Assembly (NCBI GenBank): GCA_030730585.1
Contig: JANQUV010000066.1
Coordinates: forward strand, 1,268 to 65,267
DNA length: 64,000 nt
Origin: Haliea sp.
GTDB lineage: Bacteria; Pseudomonadota; Gammaproteobacteria; Pseudomonadales; Halieaceae
Direction of reading: 5' to 3'
The notes under the pieces were generated by a model, which worked only from the letters and a program-made list of their open reading frames with translations, was not told the DNA's origin and did no database searches. The translations under genes and the position numbers were made by a program. Shown in pieces: positions 19,163 through 28,839 of this stretch (positions within the stretch are counted from its first letter, which is position 1; every line of letters starts with the position of its first letter).

Positions 19163-20191
19163 CTAGTCCTCCCAGTTAAGTACAACCTTGCTGGCTTCGC
19201 CGCTGCTCATGACGTGGAAGCCGTGTTGAAAGTCGCGGAAGCTCATGCGGTGGGTAATTACCGGCGCGATGTTCAACCCGGATTCAATCATCACCGACAT
19301 CTTGTACCAGGTCTCATACATCTCCCGGCCATAGATACCCTTCAAGGTCAGCATGTTGAAGATCACTGTGTTCCAGTCGATGGCGGTATTTTCGCTGGGG
19401 ATGCCTAGCATGGCCACCTTGCCACCGTGGCACATGTTGGCCAGCAGGTCGCGGAAGGCTTGCGGGTTGCCCGACATTTCCAGGCCAACGTCAAAGCCTT
19501 CATCCATACCCAGTGAGCGCTGCACATCGGCAATGCTTTCGCGGGTGACGTTGACGGTGCGTGTAGCGCCGAGTGTCGCGGCCAGCTCCAGGCGTTTGTC
19601 GATGACGTCGGTAATCACGACGTGGCGTGCACCGGCATGCTTGCACACAGCAGCCGCCATGGCGCCTATGGGACCTGCACCGGTAATCAGCACGTCTTCG
19701 CCCAGCAGATCGAACTGCAGGGCAGTGTGCACCGCGTTGCCGAAAGGGTCGAACAGGGCTGCGACATCCAGGTCGATACCGGCAGAGTGTTCCCACACAT
19801 TCGACATGGGCAGTGCCATGTACTCGGCGAAGGCGCCTGAGCGGTCGACGCCAATGCCGCTGGTTTTTGCGCAGAGGTGGCGGCGCCCCGCCATACAGTT
19901 GCGACAGCGGCCGCACACGACGTGGCCCTCGCCGGACACAATTTGCCCCGGCTTGAAGTCCACTACGTTGGATCCAACCTGCGCAATTTCCCCTACAAAC
20001 TCGTGGCCAACGATCATCGGCACCGGCACGGTTTTCTGCGCCCACGCGTCCCAGTGGTAAATATGCATGTCGGTGCCGCAAATGGCTGTGCGTTTGATCT
20101 TGATCAGCACGTCATTAATGCCAACGGTGGGCTCAGGCACGTCCTCCAGCCAGAGGCCGGGGCGGTCTTCCTTCTTGACCAGTGCTTTCAT
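19163..20191 (-). CDS. tdh: L-threonine 3-dehydrogenase
   Basis: MKALVKK...[40 protein letters not shown] matches E. coli Tdh closely. Zn-ADH fold. ATG at 20191. Confidence 0.95.
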   Translation of the reverse strand: MKALVKKEDRPGLWLEDVPEPTVGINDVLIKIKRTAICGTDMHIYHWDAWAQKTVPVPMIVGHEFVGEIAQVGSNVVDFKPGQIVSGEGHVVCGRCRNCMAGRRHLCAKTSGIGVDRSGAFAEYMALPMSNVWEHSAGIDLDVAALFDPFGNAVHTALQFDLLGEDVLITGAGPIGAMAAAVCKHAGARHVVITDVIDKRLELAATLGATRTVNVTRESIADVQRSLGMDEGFDVGLEMSGNPQAFRDLLANMCHGGKVAMLGIPSENTAIDWNTVIFNMLTLKGIYGREMYETWYKMSVMIESGLNIAPVITHRMSFRDFQHGFHVMSSGEASKVVLNWED

Positions 20192-20375
20192 TGCGGGTTT
20201 CACTTTTCTTGAACGTTACCCTCCATAGTAGCTGGATTTCATAAATTCGGCGCGTAGACAGCCTAAAAACACAAACCCTCCGCACTGCAGGGGCACTGGA
20301 GAGCCTTGGTGTCATGCAAATCGCGCAGGCTTCTGCTATACAAGCTGCTGACAATAATGAGTGCTGGAGAGCATT

Positions 20376-21218
20376 ATGCAAGATCTGGATTTTACGGAGA
20401 AAGTGGTGCTGGTGACCGGTGGCGGCGCGGGCATTGGCCGGGCAATTGTCGAAGCCTTCGCGGCGCGCGGCGCAAAGCTGATCGTTGCTGAAATTGATGC
20501 CGGGCGCTGCAAAGAGATGGAGACGGCGCTGGCGGCCTCAGCGACCGATGCGCTGGTGTCTTGCACTGATGTCTGTGACCGGGTTGCGGTTGATGGCCTG
20601 ATGGCCGAGGTGCAGAATCGTTTTGGCGGCCTCGATGTGCTGGTCAATAACGTGGGGGATTTCCTGGGTATCGTAAAACCGTTCGCCGCCTGCACAGACG
20701 AAGATCTGGAACGGCTGTATGCGGTAAACCTCAAGCACATATTCACCGTGACGCGCGCGGCCATCCCGCTGCTGCAGTCGCGGGGCCGTGGTGGCAGCAT
20801 CATCAGTGTGTCCTCTATCGAGGCCTTCCGCGGCATTCCCATGGTCACCACTTACTGTGCTTTCAAGCATGCGATTACCGGTTTTACCCGCAGCCTGGCG
20901 CTGGAGTTGGGGCCCGATGGTATCCGTGTGAACGCGATTGCACCCGAGACCACCGAGACGGAACAGGTGCGGCCCTCGGAGTTTATCGCCCCTGAGCATC
21001 AGGCGCACACGCGCCGTTGGATACCGCTGGAGCGTTTTGGTACGCCTCAGGACGCCGCTGGCTGTGCACTGTTTTTGGCCTCCGAGCTTTCAGCCTGGGT
21101 CACTGGCACCACGATCAACCTGGATGGCGGTGCATTGGCCGCGGCGGGCTGGTATCGTGATCCGAACGATCTGTGGACTAACGTACCGGTCGTAACGGGT
21201 AACGGTTTTAACTTCTAA
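20376..21218 (+). CDS. SDR-family oxidoreductase
   Basis: TGGGAGIGRA cofactor motif, YCAFKHA catalytic YxxxK. GGAGAG lies upstream of ATG 20376. Confidence 0.85.
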   Translation: MQDLDFTEKVVLVTGGGAGIGRAIVEAFAARGAKLIVAEIDAGRCKEMETALAASATDALVSCTDVCDRVAVDGLMAEVQNRFGGLDVLVNNVGDFLGIVKPFAACTDEDLERLYAVNLKHIFTVTRAAIPLLQSRGRGGSIISVSSIEAFRGIPMVTTYCAFKHAITGFTRSLALELGPDGIRVNAIAPETTETEQVRPSEFIAPEHQAHTRRWIPLERFGTPQDAAGCALFLASELSAWVTGTTINLDGGALAAAGWYRDPNDLWTNVPVVTGNGFNF

Positions 21219-21241
21219 CGCTGTCAAGTCAGGGAAATCTC

Positions 21242-22117
21242 GTGATCGAACGCCAAGCGGGCACTGAGCCTCGCGCTTACATTTTATCATTCCAGTGCCC
21301 CGATCGGCTGGGTGTTGTCGCCCGTTACTCGCAGCTGTTTCTGGAGGCGGGCGCTTTTATTACGGAAATCTCCAACTTCAGTGACCCGTTTTCAGGTACG
21401 TTTCACCTGCGGTGCGTGTTTGACGACCGTGCGATGACCGTGCCTTATGCGGAGTTCTGCCGGCGCTTCTCCCTGCTCGCGGATGACATGACAATGCAGT
21501 ACCGGCTGCGTCCAGCGGATCAACTGCCAAGGGTGCTATTGGCGGTGTCCCGCTACGACCATTGCCTGGTCGCATTGCTGACCAAGTGGCGTGCCCGCGC
21601 ACTTCCTGCATCTATCGTGGGTGTTGTGAGCAATCATGAAGACTGCCGCGAGTTGGTTGAGTGGTACGGTGTGCCTTATCACTATTTGCCGGTAACGCCA
21701 GAGCATAAGCAGCTGCAGGAAGCGCAAATGCTGCAGCTGTTTCGCGACCAGCAGGCGGACTTATTGGTGCTGGCGCGTTACATGCAAATTCTCTCGAATG
21801 AGCTGTGTGCGGAACTGGCAGGGCAGGCTATCAACATCCACCACTCCTTCCTGCCCGGGTTTAAAGGTGCAAGGCCCTATCACCAGGCCTACGAGCGCGG
21901 GGTGAAGGTGATTGGCGCTACGGCCCACTATGTGACCTCCGATTTGGATGAGGGCCCGATTATTGCGCAGGAAGTGAAGGCGATCGATCATCAGGTGTCT
22001 GTCGAACAGATGATCCATCTCGGGCACGACACTGAAGCGACCGCGCTGTCACAGGCGGTGCGTTTGCATTGTGAGGAGCGTGTGCAGCTGAATGGGCAGC
22101 GCACCGTGGTGCTGTGA
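21242..22117 (+). CDS. purU: Formyltetrahydrofolate deformylase
   Basis: N-terminal ACT region, then INIHHSFLPGFKGARPYHQAYERGVKVIGATAHYVTSDLDEGPII, nearly identical to the E. coli PurU core. GTG start. Confidence 0.93.
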   Translation: MIERQAGTEPRAYILSFQCPDRLGVVARYSQLFLEAGAFITEISNFSDPFSGTFHLRCVFDDRAMTVPYAEFCRRFSLLADDMTMQYRLRPADQLPRVLLAVSRYDHCLVALLTKWRARALPASIVGVVSNHEDCRELVEWYGVPYHYLPVTPEHKQLQEAQMLQLFRDQQADLLVLARYMQILSNELCAELAGQAINIHHSFLPGFKGARPYHQAYERGVKVIGATAHYVTSDLDEGPIIAQEVKAIDHQVSVEQMIHLGHDTEATALSQAVRLHCEERVQLNGQRTVVL

Positions 22118-22215
22118 GGAGTGCAGGGTGTAGTGCGACACATCGCCCCCGGAGGCTTTGTACCGGCCGTCCAGCTCCTGTGGTAATCTGACCCGGTAGT
22201 CTACGGAGAAACAAC

Positions 22216-22539
22216 ATGAACGCGCACAAGGTTGGTGCCATTAGTACACTCATCGTCGTATTTGCACTGGTTAGCGCGTGTACCTGGGTGAAAATCCCGG
22301 ATGATGCGCGTGCCTTGCCGCTGGTGGAAGCCAGTGAGGTTGTGCAGTGCGAACTGCTTGGCAATATCACCACCAATGTCGCCTGGAAGGTGGCCGGTAT
22401 TCAACGCGGTGAAAACAAGATTCGCGTGGAACTCGACAACCTTGCCCGTGAGCGTACGCTCGGTATGGGTGGTAATACGCTGGTCCGGGGCTCTATTCAT
22501 GAGGGTACAGGTGATTACACAGCGTGGACGTGTCCCTGA
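22216..22539 (+). CDS. Small lipoprotein (DUF4156-like)
   Basis: Signal peptide with lipobox LVSAC. The size and the C-terminal ...GGNTLV... pattern recall DUF4156. Confidence 0.55.
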   Translation: MNAHKVGAISTLIVVFALVSACTWVKIPDDARALPLVEASEVVQCELLGNITTNVAWKVAGIQRGENKIRVELDNLARERTLGMGGNTLVRGSIHEGTGDYTAWTCP

Positions 22540-22617
22540 TCGAGCTCCTCGGCGCGGCGCGTTCCCGGCCTAGCCGCAGGGTGGCGGTCTAGCCCTTTTT
22601 AGCCAGCGCAGGCAACT

Positions 22618-24282
22618 ATGTACCTTCAGTATTTTGGTCTTCAGGAAGCGCCGTTCTCCATCGCTGTAAACCCGCGTTATCTCTTTATGAGCCCGCGTCA
22701 CCGGGATGCGCTGGCTCATCTGCTTTACGGGGTGGGCAGTGGAGGTGGCTTTATTCTCCTCACGGGTGAAGTGGGCACCGGCAAAACAACGATTAACCGC
22801 TGCCTGCTGGAGCAACTGCCTCCCGCCACCGACGTCGCCATTGTGTTGAACCCTGCGCTGAACGCGCAGGAACTGTTGGCGACCGTCTGCGATGAGTTGG
22901 GTATTGCCTATGAGGGGACTCAGCCCTCGCTCAAAACACTGACCGATAGCCTGCATGCTTTTTTGCTAAAAAATCACGCGCAGGGACGCAAAACGGTTTT
23001 GCTGATCGATGAAGCCCAGCATCTCGATTTTGATGTGCTGGAGCAGATCCGTCTGCTGACGAACCTGGAAACCCACAGCGAAAAATTGCTGCAGATTGTA
23101 TTGATCGGCCAGCCTGAACTGGCGCAGCTGCTACAGCGCCCGGAGCTGCGCCAGCTCAATCAGCGCATTACGGCGCGCTATACATTGGCGGCCTTGAACC
23201 CGGCAGAGACCGCAGCGTATATTCGACATCGACTGCAGGTCGCTGGCTTGCCCGCCGGCCGTGAATTGTTTCCGCCCGAGGTTGTGCGGGGTATTCATCG
23301 CGCTACCCGCGGTATCCCGCGTCTGATTAATGTGCTTTGCGATCGCATATTGTTGGGTACCTATGGCCGGAATCGTGCCCAGGCCGACCGGCAGGTGCTG
23401 TCTCAGGCGATAAACGAGGTGCTCGGTGAGACGGATACCAACAGGCGCCGGCACGCACTGCGGGGATTCGGTGCGGCTGCGTTATTGCTATTGTTGATTG
23501 TGGGTGTTTGGTGGCTGGCGCGCGCGAGCGTGCCGCAGCTGCCTGTGAGCCCTGTGCCTGCCTTAGCAGTGCCAGACGCAACGGTGGCTACCGCTGCCCC
23601 AGCGCTGCCGCCAGCGGTGATTGCCACTGCTGCGCCGGCAGCAGCAGATCCACCGTCATCTCCAGCTTGGGAGCTGTTACCCGCGGTTGCCTTGCAAGCG
23701 CTCTGGGAGGTGCAGGCTACGGGGCCGGCACCGCCGCTAGAGTTGCTCTGTGATGGCAGCGTGCGTTTTCCGCTCAGTTGCGTGCGGGGTTCAGCGGCCA
23801 CCTGGCAGGAGCTGCTTGTCCTCAATCGTCCTCTGCTGCTCGACCTGGTAACACCGGCGCGCTTCTCCGCCGCTGCGCTTTTTTTGGGTGAGTCAGCGGG
23901 CAGCGCGTTGTTGTGGTCCCCGGAAGGCTTACAGCGAGTTCCTTTTGTGGAGTTGGCGCCTCGCTGGCAGGGTGGCTACCGACTGTTGTGGCGCCCGCCG
24001 GAAGCATTTTCTGGCCCTGTGGGGCGAACGGACTCGGGCCCGGTGGTCGCGGATATTGCCAGGCTGTTTGCACAGCTCGACGAGCAGCCTGAACCCCTTG
24101 CGACACAGAAATATTCCGCCGCGTTGGCAGAACGCGTGCGGCTGTTTCAGGTCAACCAGCGGCTGCGCGCTGACGGTGTGGTGGGCGAGCAGACGCTGCT
24201 GCGCCTGAATGTGCTGACCCAGCGTGACCCAACCGCGGCGGCGGCGATCGAACGGCTGGTTGCTTTGAGCGCAGCCCCATGA
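22618..24282 (+). CDS. exeA: ExeA/GspA-like AAA+ ATPase with a C-terminal peptidoglycan-binding domain
   Basis: MYLQYFGLQEAPFSI...LTGEVGTGKTT (Walker A), LLIDEAQ (Walker B). Ala/Pro-rich linker with a TM segment. C-terminal PG_binding_1-like RVRLFQVNQRLRADGVVGEQTLLRL. Confidence 0.85.
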   Translation: MYLQYFGLQEAPFSIAVNPRYLFMSPRHRDALAHLLYGVGSGGGFILLTGEVGTGKTTINRCLLEQLPPATDVAIVLNPALNAQELLATVCDELGIAYEGTQPSLKTLTDSLHAFLLKNHAQGRKTVLLIDEAQHLDFDVLEQIRLLTNLETHSEKLLQIVLIGQPELAQLLQRPELRQLNQRITARYTLAALNPAETAAYIRHRLQVAGLPAGRELFPPEVVRGIHRATRGIPRLINVLCDRILLGTYGRNRAQADRQVLSQAINEVLGETDTNRRRHALRGFGAAALLLLLIVGVWWLARASVPQLPVSPVPALAVPDATVATAAPALPPAVIATAAPAAADPPSSPAWELLPAVALQALWEVQATGPAPPLELLCDGSVRFPLSCVRGSAATWQELLVLNRPLLLDLVTPARFSAAALFLGESAGSALLWSPEGLQRVPFVELAPRWQGGYRLLWRPPEAFSGPVGRTDSGPVVADIARLFAQLDEQPEPLATQKYSAALAERVRLFQVNQRLRADGVVGEQTLLRLNVLTQRDPTAAAAIERLVALSAAP

Positions 24283-24310
24283 CCGCATGCAGGCTGAAGG
24301 AGCGGTGCCC

Positions 24311-25243
24311 ATGTCGTTAATTCTGGAAGCACTTAATCGCTCTCGGCGGGAGCAGCAAAATGCGCAACCGGTGCCGGGTGTTGACAGCATTCATTACGAG
24401 CCCACGCCCGCTCAGAACGCGCGCTGGTGGCTTTGGCTGCCGTGTGCAGTCGCCCTCATTTTGGCACTGGGGTTTCTGCTGGGCAGGATGTTCAGCGGTT
24501 CTGAGCAGAAGTTGGTGCCGGAAACCGTTGCTTTGGCAGCGACACCAGCGTCTGCGGACGCTGCCGTGGCTCCGATTGCCTTGGCGCCAGTGGCCTCGGT
24601 GTCAGTCGCCCCGGTTCCAGCGGAACCACCACAAGCGCTGGCGCTCACTCAGCCCCCAACAGTACGGGCGGGGGTTGCTGCCCCTCCAACTGAGTCCAAC
24701 CTTCAAGCTGATACTGATCTACAGCCTGACGCACCGGGCGCTGAGGGCTCCGCCGCCTTCGCTGTTGCGCCGCTGGCATCAAATTCCGATGTTGCTGCGC
24801 TGTATGCTCGGGGTCCCGGCAGTGCTGCATCAGAGGCCGGAGCGGCTGGTGCCCCTGTCGCGTCGGCGTCGCCCGCTGCTTCCCGTTCTGAGCGTGCGGC
24901 GATAGCGCCTGAAGCCTCGGTCGATAGCAGCCTTGACATCGGTGCGCTGGCCGCCGCAGCAGAGCAGGCACTGGAAGACGTAAGGCTAGCCGAACACCCT
25001 GCGCCGTTTCTCAGTGAGTTGTCGCAGCAGCGCAAGGATGGCGTCCCTACGCTTATGTATCTGCAGCATGACTATCGCACTGAGGGTGGCTCCACTGTCA
25101 CCATCAATGGCAAGAAAGTCGCGGCAGGGCAGCCGCTGGGTGGCGGCTTGCGGGTGGAAGAGGTGCTGCCAGATTCGGTTGTACTGAGCCAGGCCGGACA
25201 GCAGTTCCGGCTGCGTGCCTTGAACAGCTGGGTGAATTTGTAG
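24311..25243 (+). CDS. gspB: GspB/ExeB-like protein
   Basis: N-terminal MSLILEALNRS, one TM segment, a long Ala/Pro-rich region, and a C-terminal T2SS-B-like domain (VPTLMYLQHDY....TVTINGKKVAAGQPLGGGLRVEEVLPDSVVL). ATG at 24311. Confidence 0.7.
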   Translation: MSLILEALNRSRREQQNAQPVPGVDSIHYEPTPAQNARWWLWLPCAVALILALGFLLGRMFSGSEQKLVPETVALAATPASADAAVAPIALAPVASVSVAPVPAEPPQALALTQPPTVRAGVAAPPTESNLQADTDLQPDAPGAEGSAAFAVAPLASNSDVAALYARGPGSAASEAGAAGAPVASASPAASRSERAAIAPEASVDSSLDIGALAAAAEQALEDVRLAEHPAPFLSELSQQRKDGVPTLMYLQHDYRTEGGSTVTINGKKVAAGQPLGGGLRVEEVLPDSVVLSQAGQQFRLRALNSWVNL

Positions 25244-25267
25244 CGGTTCGCAGGAGAGTTGTAGAGC

Positions 25268-26257
25268 ATGGATTGGACACACCACTACGCCACCATCAAC
25301 GGTATCCACATGCACTATGTGGAGCAGGGGTCCGGAATGCCAGTGGTGTTATGCCACGGCTTTCCGCACCTCTGGTTCAGCTGGCATCGGCAGATTACCG
25401 CGCTGGCAGAGGCCGGCTACCGTGTGATTGTGCCGGATATGCGCGGTATGGGCCAAACAGAAGCACCCCCCGAGGTGTCGGCTTATGATATCGACCATAT
25501 TACGGCGGATCTGCTCGGCCTTCTCGACCATGTGGGGGAACAACGCGCGGTGTTTGCCGGGCTCGACTTCGGCGCCTTCGCGGTTTACGACTTTGCTCTG
25601 CGTCATCCTGAGCGGGTGATCGCCGTGATTGGCCTGGAGAACCCTGCTGCACCCCACAATCCCGACGAATCACCGCTCACTGAATATCGGCGCATGGGCG
25701 AGCAACATTTTCTGCATATCGAATATTTTCGTGAACCGCCTCGCGCCGACCGCGAGCTGGCGGCAGAGCCGCGCCGGTTTTTGCACAAGGTGTTCCACAC
25801 ACTCAGTGGAGCCTGCAACTACTTTGAGATGTTCCGCCATCCACCAGGCACCTCCTACATTGATGCCATGGAAGAGCCACCGCCTTTGCCCTGGCCTTGG
25901 CTGTCCGCACTGGAGCTGGAGTTTTTTGTCTCTGAATACAGCCGCAGTGGCTTCACCGGCGGCCTCAATTGGTACCGCGCCTTCGACCTGAAGTGGGCCC
26001 AGAGAAAGCCCTTTGAAGGTGTGCAAAGCACAGTGCCTGCCTATTTTCTCGGTAGCGAGCACGATGTCGACCTGGAAGGTTTTCATGGAGATGACCCGAT
26101 AGGGCAAATGCGCGCCATTTTTCCGCAACTGCGTGAGGTGCGCATGATCCCCGGCGCGGGCCACATGGTGCAGTTGGAAGCTTCGGCAGCAGTGAACGAG
26201 GTGCTACTGGACTATCTTGCAGATATTGCTCAGAGGAATGCTGTTTCCGCTCAGTGA
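25268..26257 (+). CDS. Alpha/beta-fold hydrolase (epoxide hydrolase-like)
   Basis: INGIHMHYVEQGSGMPVVLCHGFPHLWFSWHRQI...PDMRGMGQT is the classic epoxide hydrolase/haloalkane dehalogenase N-terminus. C-terminal GAGHMVQLE. Confidence 0.8.
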   Translation: MDWTHHYATINGIHMHYVEQGSGMPVVLCHGFPHLWFSWHRQITALAEAGYRVIVPDMRGMGQTEAPPEVSAYDIDHITADLLGLLDHVGEQRAVFAGLDFGAFAVYDFALRHPERVIAVIGLENPAAPHNPDESPLTEYRRMGEQHFLHIEYFREPPRADRELAAEPRRFLHKVFHTLSGACNYFEMFRHPPGTSYIDAMEEPPPLPWPWLSALELEFFVSEYSRSGFTGGLNWYRAFDLKWAQRKPFEGVQSTVPAYFLGSEHDVDLEGFHGDDPIGQMRAIFPQLREVRMIPGAGHMVQLEASAAVNEVLLDYLADIAQRNAVSAQ

Positions 26258-27792
26258 ATGTCCAATTGTAGGCCTTCTTTGCCTAGCAAAATGACTTCCT
26301 GCTCAAGTTCGCGTGCAGTGAGTGGGTGGCGGTCCATCCATCCAGAGGGGAAATCCAGCCGGATACCGTCGCTGTGCGCGTGTACGGCAAACTCAGGTAG
26401 CGCTTCCAACTGCTCCGCATATTTGAAGATGAGTGCCAGCCTGAACAGGGTGACCAAGCGCAGAAGCCGAGTGCGGTCTGTGTCCGCCACCGCAGCCCAC
26501 AGGGGATGGTCAAGCTTGCCACGCTGCGTAGCCGCTAGCAATGCCATGTGTTCTTGCTCACCTTGTGCAAAACCAGGCAGGTCGGCATTTTGTAGCAGGT
26601 AAGCGGTGTGCCGTTGATAGTGCTTATGTGATATTGCCATACCTATTTCATGCGTCAGTGCGGTACGTTCTAAAAGCCCTTGATCACTTTTGTGCAGTGA
26701 CCAGCCTTCGCGGCTGGCTTTGAACAAGGTACGCGCGCGCCGCGCCATTACCTCGCCCATCACGGTATCCACGCTGTAACGCTGCATAAGCGCATTGATG
26801 GTGCGTTCGCGAACATCCTCGTGCCCCAGACGGCCTATGAGGTCATAGATCACGCCTTCACGCAGCGCGCCGCGCGAGGTGCGCAAGTGGCTGATACCGA
26901 GTTCGTCAAACAGCGCGCTGGTGATGGCAACGCCTGCGGCGATGACATTGCGTCGCTGGCTGCTTAAACCCTCCAAGTCGATTGCGTCAAAATGCTTGAA
27001 CTGCAGCAGGCGCTTTTCCAGCCGAGACAGTGCTTTGCGCGTAATGCCGCTGTCGCTTAAGCCTTGGCTAACCAGTACCGCTTCGATCGCTTGCAAGGTG
27101 CCGGAGGAACCCACGCATTCGGCCCAGTGACGGGAGTGGTAGTGGTAACGAATGTGCGAGACTTCCAGCCGCGCACGATCGTAGGCGGCGTGATAGTGAG
27201 CCTTTGTAAGCTTGCCTGTAGGGAAGTAGCTATCGGAATAGGAGACGCAGCCCATTTGCAGGCTCTCCAGCCGCTGTGGTTCGAAACGCTGACCGATGAT
27301 CAGTTCGGTGCTGCCGCCGCCGATGTCGATAACCAATCGCGACTGGGCATCGTCCGCCAGCGTATGAGCAACACCTAAGTAGACCAGCCTGGCTTCCTCG
27401 CGGCCGTAAACAACGTCAACCGGAGCGCCCAGGATGCGTTGCGCCGGCACTGTGAATTCCCGTCGATTATGCGCCAGGCGTAACGCGTTGGTGCCCACGA
27501 TGCGTAGCCTTTCGGGGTCAACGCTGCCCAGCATTTGCGCAAAGCGCGCCAGACAATCGAGGCCCCGCGCGATGGCCTCGTCAGACAGGCGTCCTTCTAC
27601 CAAACCGGCACCCAGCTGAACTTTTTCAGCTAACGCCTCGACCGGACGCATTTCCCCGTGCTCTATTCGTGCAACGATAAGGTGAAAAGAATTGCTGCCC
27701 AAATCAACGGCGGCCAGCAGGCTACCGTCGGCAAGGGGTGTTTGTGGATGCTGCAACAAAATGAAAGCGCCCTCAGAGGCAGTGTCAGGCAC
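26251..27792 (-). CDS. ppx: Exopolyphosphatase / guanosine pentaphosphate phosphohydrolase (Ppx/GppA family)
   Basis: AAVDLGSNSFHLIVAR, DIGGGSTELI, and a C-terminal HD-like region (HEIGMAISHKHYQRH). Confidence 0.9.
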   Translation of the reverse strand: MPDTASEGAFILLQHPQTPLADGSLLAAVDLGSNSFHLIVARIEHGEMRPVEALAEKVQLGAGLVEGRLSDEAIARGLDCLARFAQMLGSVDPERLRIVGTNALRLAHNRREFTVPAQRILGAPVDVVYGREEARLVYLGVAHTLADDAQSRLVIDIGGGSTELIIGQRFEPQRLESLQMGCVSYSDSYFPTGKLTKAHYHAAYDRARLEVSHIRYHYHSRHWAECVGSSGTLQAIEAVLVSQGLSDSGITRKALSRLEKRLLQFKHFDAIDLEGLSSQRRNVIAAGVAITSALFDELGISHLRTSRGALREGVIYDLIGRLGHEDVRERTINALMQRYSVDTVMGEVMARRARTLFKASREGWSLHKSDQGLLERTALTHEIGMAISHKHYQRHTAYLLQNADLPGFAQGEQEHMALLAATQRGKLDHPLWAAVADTDRTRLLRLVTLFRLALIFKYAEQLEALPEFAVHAHSDGIRLDFPSGWMDRHPLTARELEQEVILLGKEGLQLDIH

Positions 27793-27872
27793 TCATGATA
27801 ACGGATGTGGTTTAGCGGTGCATCGCCCCCTGCGGCGACGAAGTCACAGGATGTGGCGGCGTACGCAGGACT

Positions 27873-28484
27873 TTATAGCAGCATCAAGGCGACAGTGAGT
27901 GCCGTCAACAGCCCAAGGAAGCCGCTTGACAAAACGACTCGCGGTGTGGTCTTGGCCAGTTCCGTTAGTGGGTCGCCGCCGGCCCGAACCCTCGCAATAA
28001 CTTGCCACTCGATGCCTCCCGCAAATGCCAAGCTACCGACGCTTGCCGACCACAAAGCAATGCCGCCGGGGCTGGTAGCCGGAACGTTGAGCATAAATGT
28101 GACGATTGCGACGAGAGAGCCCAAAGTACCCGCGTAACTCATCGTCAGAAATTGGCGCCTGCTGTTGTTCTTGAAATCCCACTCGAAAGCAAACAAGGCT
28201 AGGCGTGACGGGCGTGTGTAGCGGCCCCTGGCGAGGAGTGCGCCACCGTAATGAAACCATTCATGTACCAGTGTGCAGGTAACGGCACCGGCGATAGCAC
28301 CGGCGATAACGCTGAGAGCGGTGGCCGCCAGCGGCGGCACGGAGAGCGGATGCCAGCTTTGAGCTGCGGCAAATAGCCCCAGTAGTACTGCGACCAGCAG
28401 CAGGTGTGCCGCGCCGACAGTGCCGGGGTGGAAGGCGCCCACGGTGGGGTTAACCGAGGCCGAATTATCCAGTGTGTTATCCAT
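27873..28484 (-). CDS. Integral membrane protein with an HExxH motif (DUF3267-like putative zincin?)
   Basis: Several hydrophobic segments. HEWFH sits at the end of a TM helix. The family call is from memory only. Confidence 0.35.
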   Translation of the reverse strand: MDNTLDNSASVNPTVGAFHPGTVGAAHLLLVAVLLGLFAAAQSWHPLSVPPLAATALSVIAGAIAGAVTCTLVHEWFHYGGALLARGRYTRPSRLALFAFEWDFKNNSRRQFLTMSYAGTLGSLVAIVTFMLNVPATSPGGIALWSASVGSLAFAGGIEWQVIARVRAGGDPLTELAKTTPRVVLSSGFLGLLTALTVALMLL

Positions 28485-28571
28485 GGTGCTTACCTACCAG
28501 GTTAGACCTATGGGTATTCTACGCTATAAAACGCTCGCTGGATTCACTGGCGTCAAAGTGCTGACGTTGAG

Positions 28572-28760
28572 CTATTTACGCCCGGCGCCGGAGGGTCGCG
28601 CGGCATAACCGCCAGGCTGCCCGCTGATCCCCGATTTGATGTTCTCGATTTTGCCGCCGGTCTTCAGAAAGGCACGCGTCTGTTCTTCAATCGAGTTGGA
28701 CGTTTCAACGGCAGCAGGCTGCTTTTTCTTGGCGGGTGCGCGCTGTGGCTTGGCGGACAT
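28572..28760 (-). CDS. Small Lys-rich hypothetical protein (possibly SutA-like)
   Basis: 62-aa ORF, MSAKPQRAPAKKKQ...EEQTRAFLKTGGKIENIKSGISGQPGG. The FL(K/S)xGGKIxxI motif recalls the C-terminal part of Pseudomonas SutA as I remember it. Unverified. Confidence 0.35.
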   Translation of the reverse strand: MSAKPQRAPAKKKQPAAVETSNSIEEQTRAFLKTGGKIENIKSGISGQPGGYAARPSGAGRK

Positions 28761-28839
28761 ATCGGGATCTCTCTGCTATAAGCGGCCGAGCAGAATACCA
28801 CAACTGGGGCTGATTTGCCCGCGCGGGAGTGCTCCGGGC

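Noticed and set aside
19353-20081. 235-aa plus-strand and 193-aa minus-strand off-frame ORFs inside tdh.
   Set aside because: The Tdh frame is near-collinear with E. coli Tdh. The alternatives are Arg/Pro-rich and motif-less.
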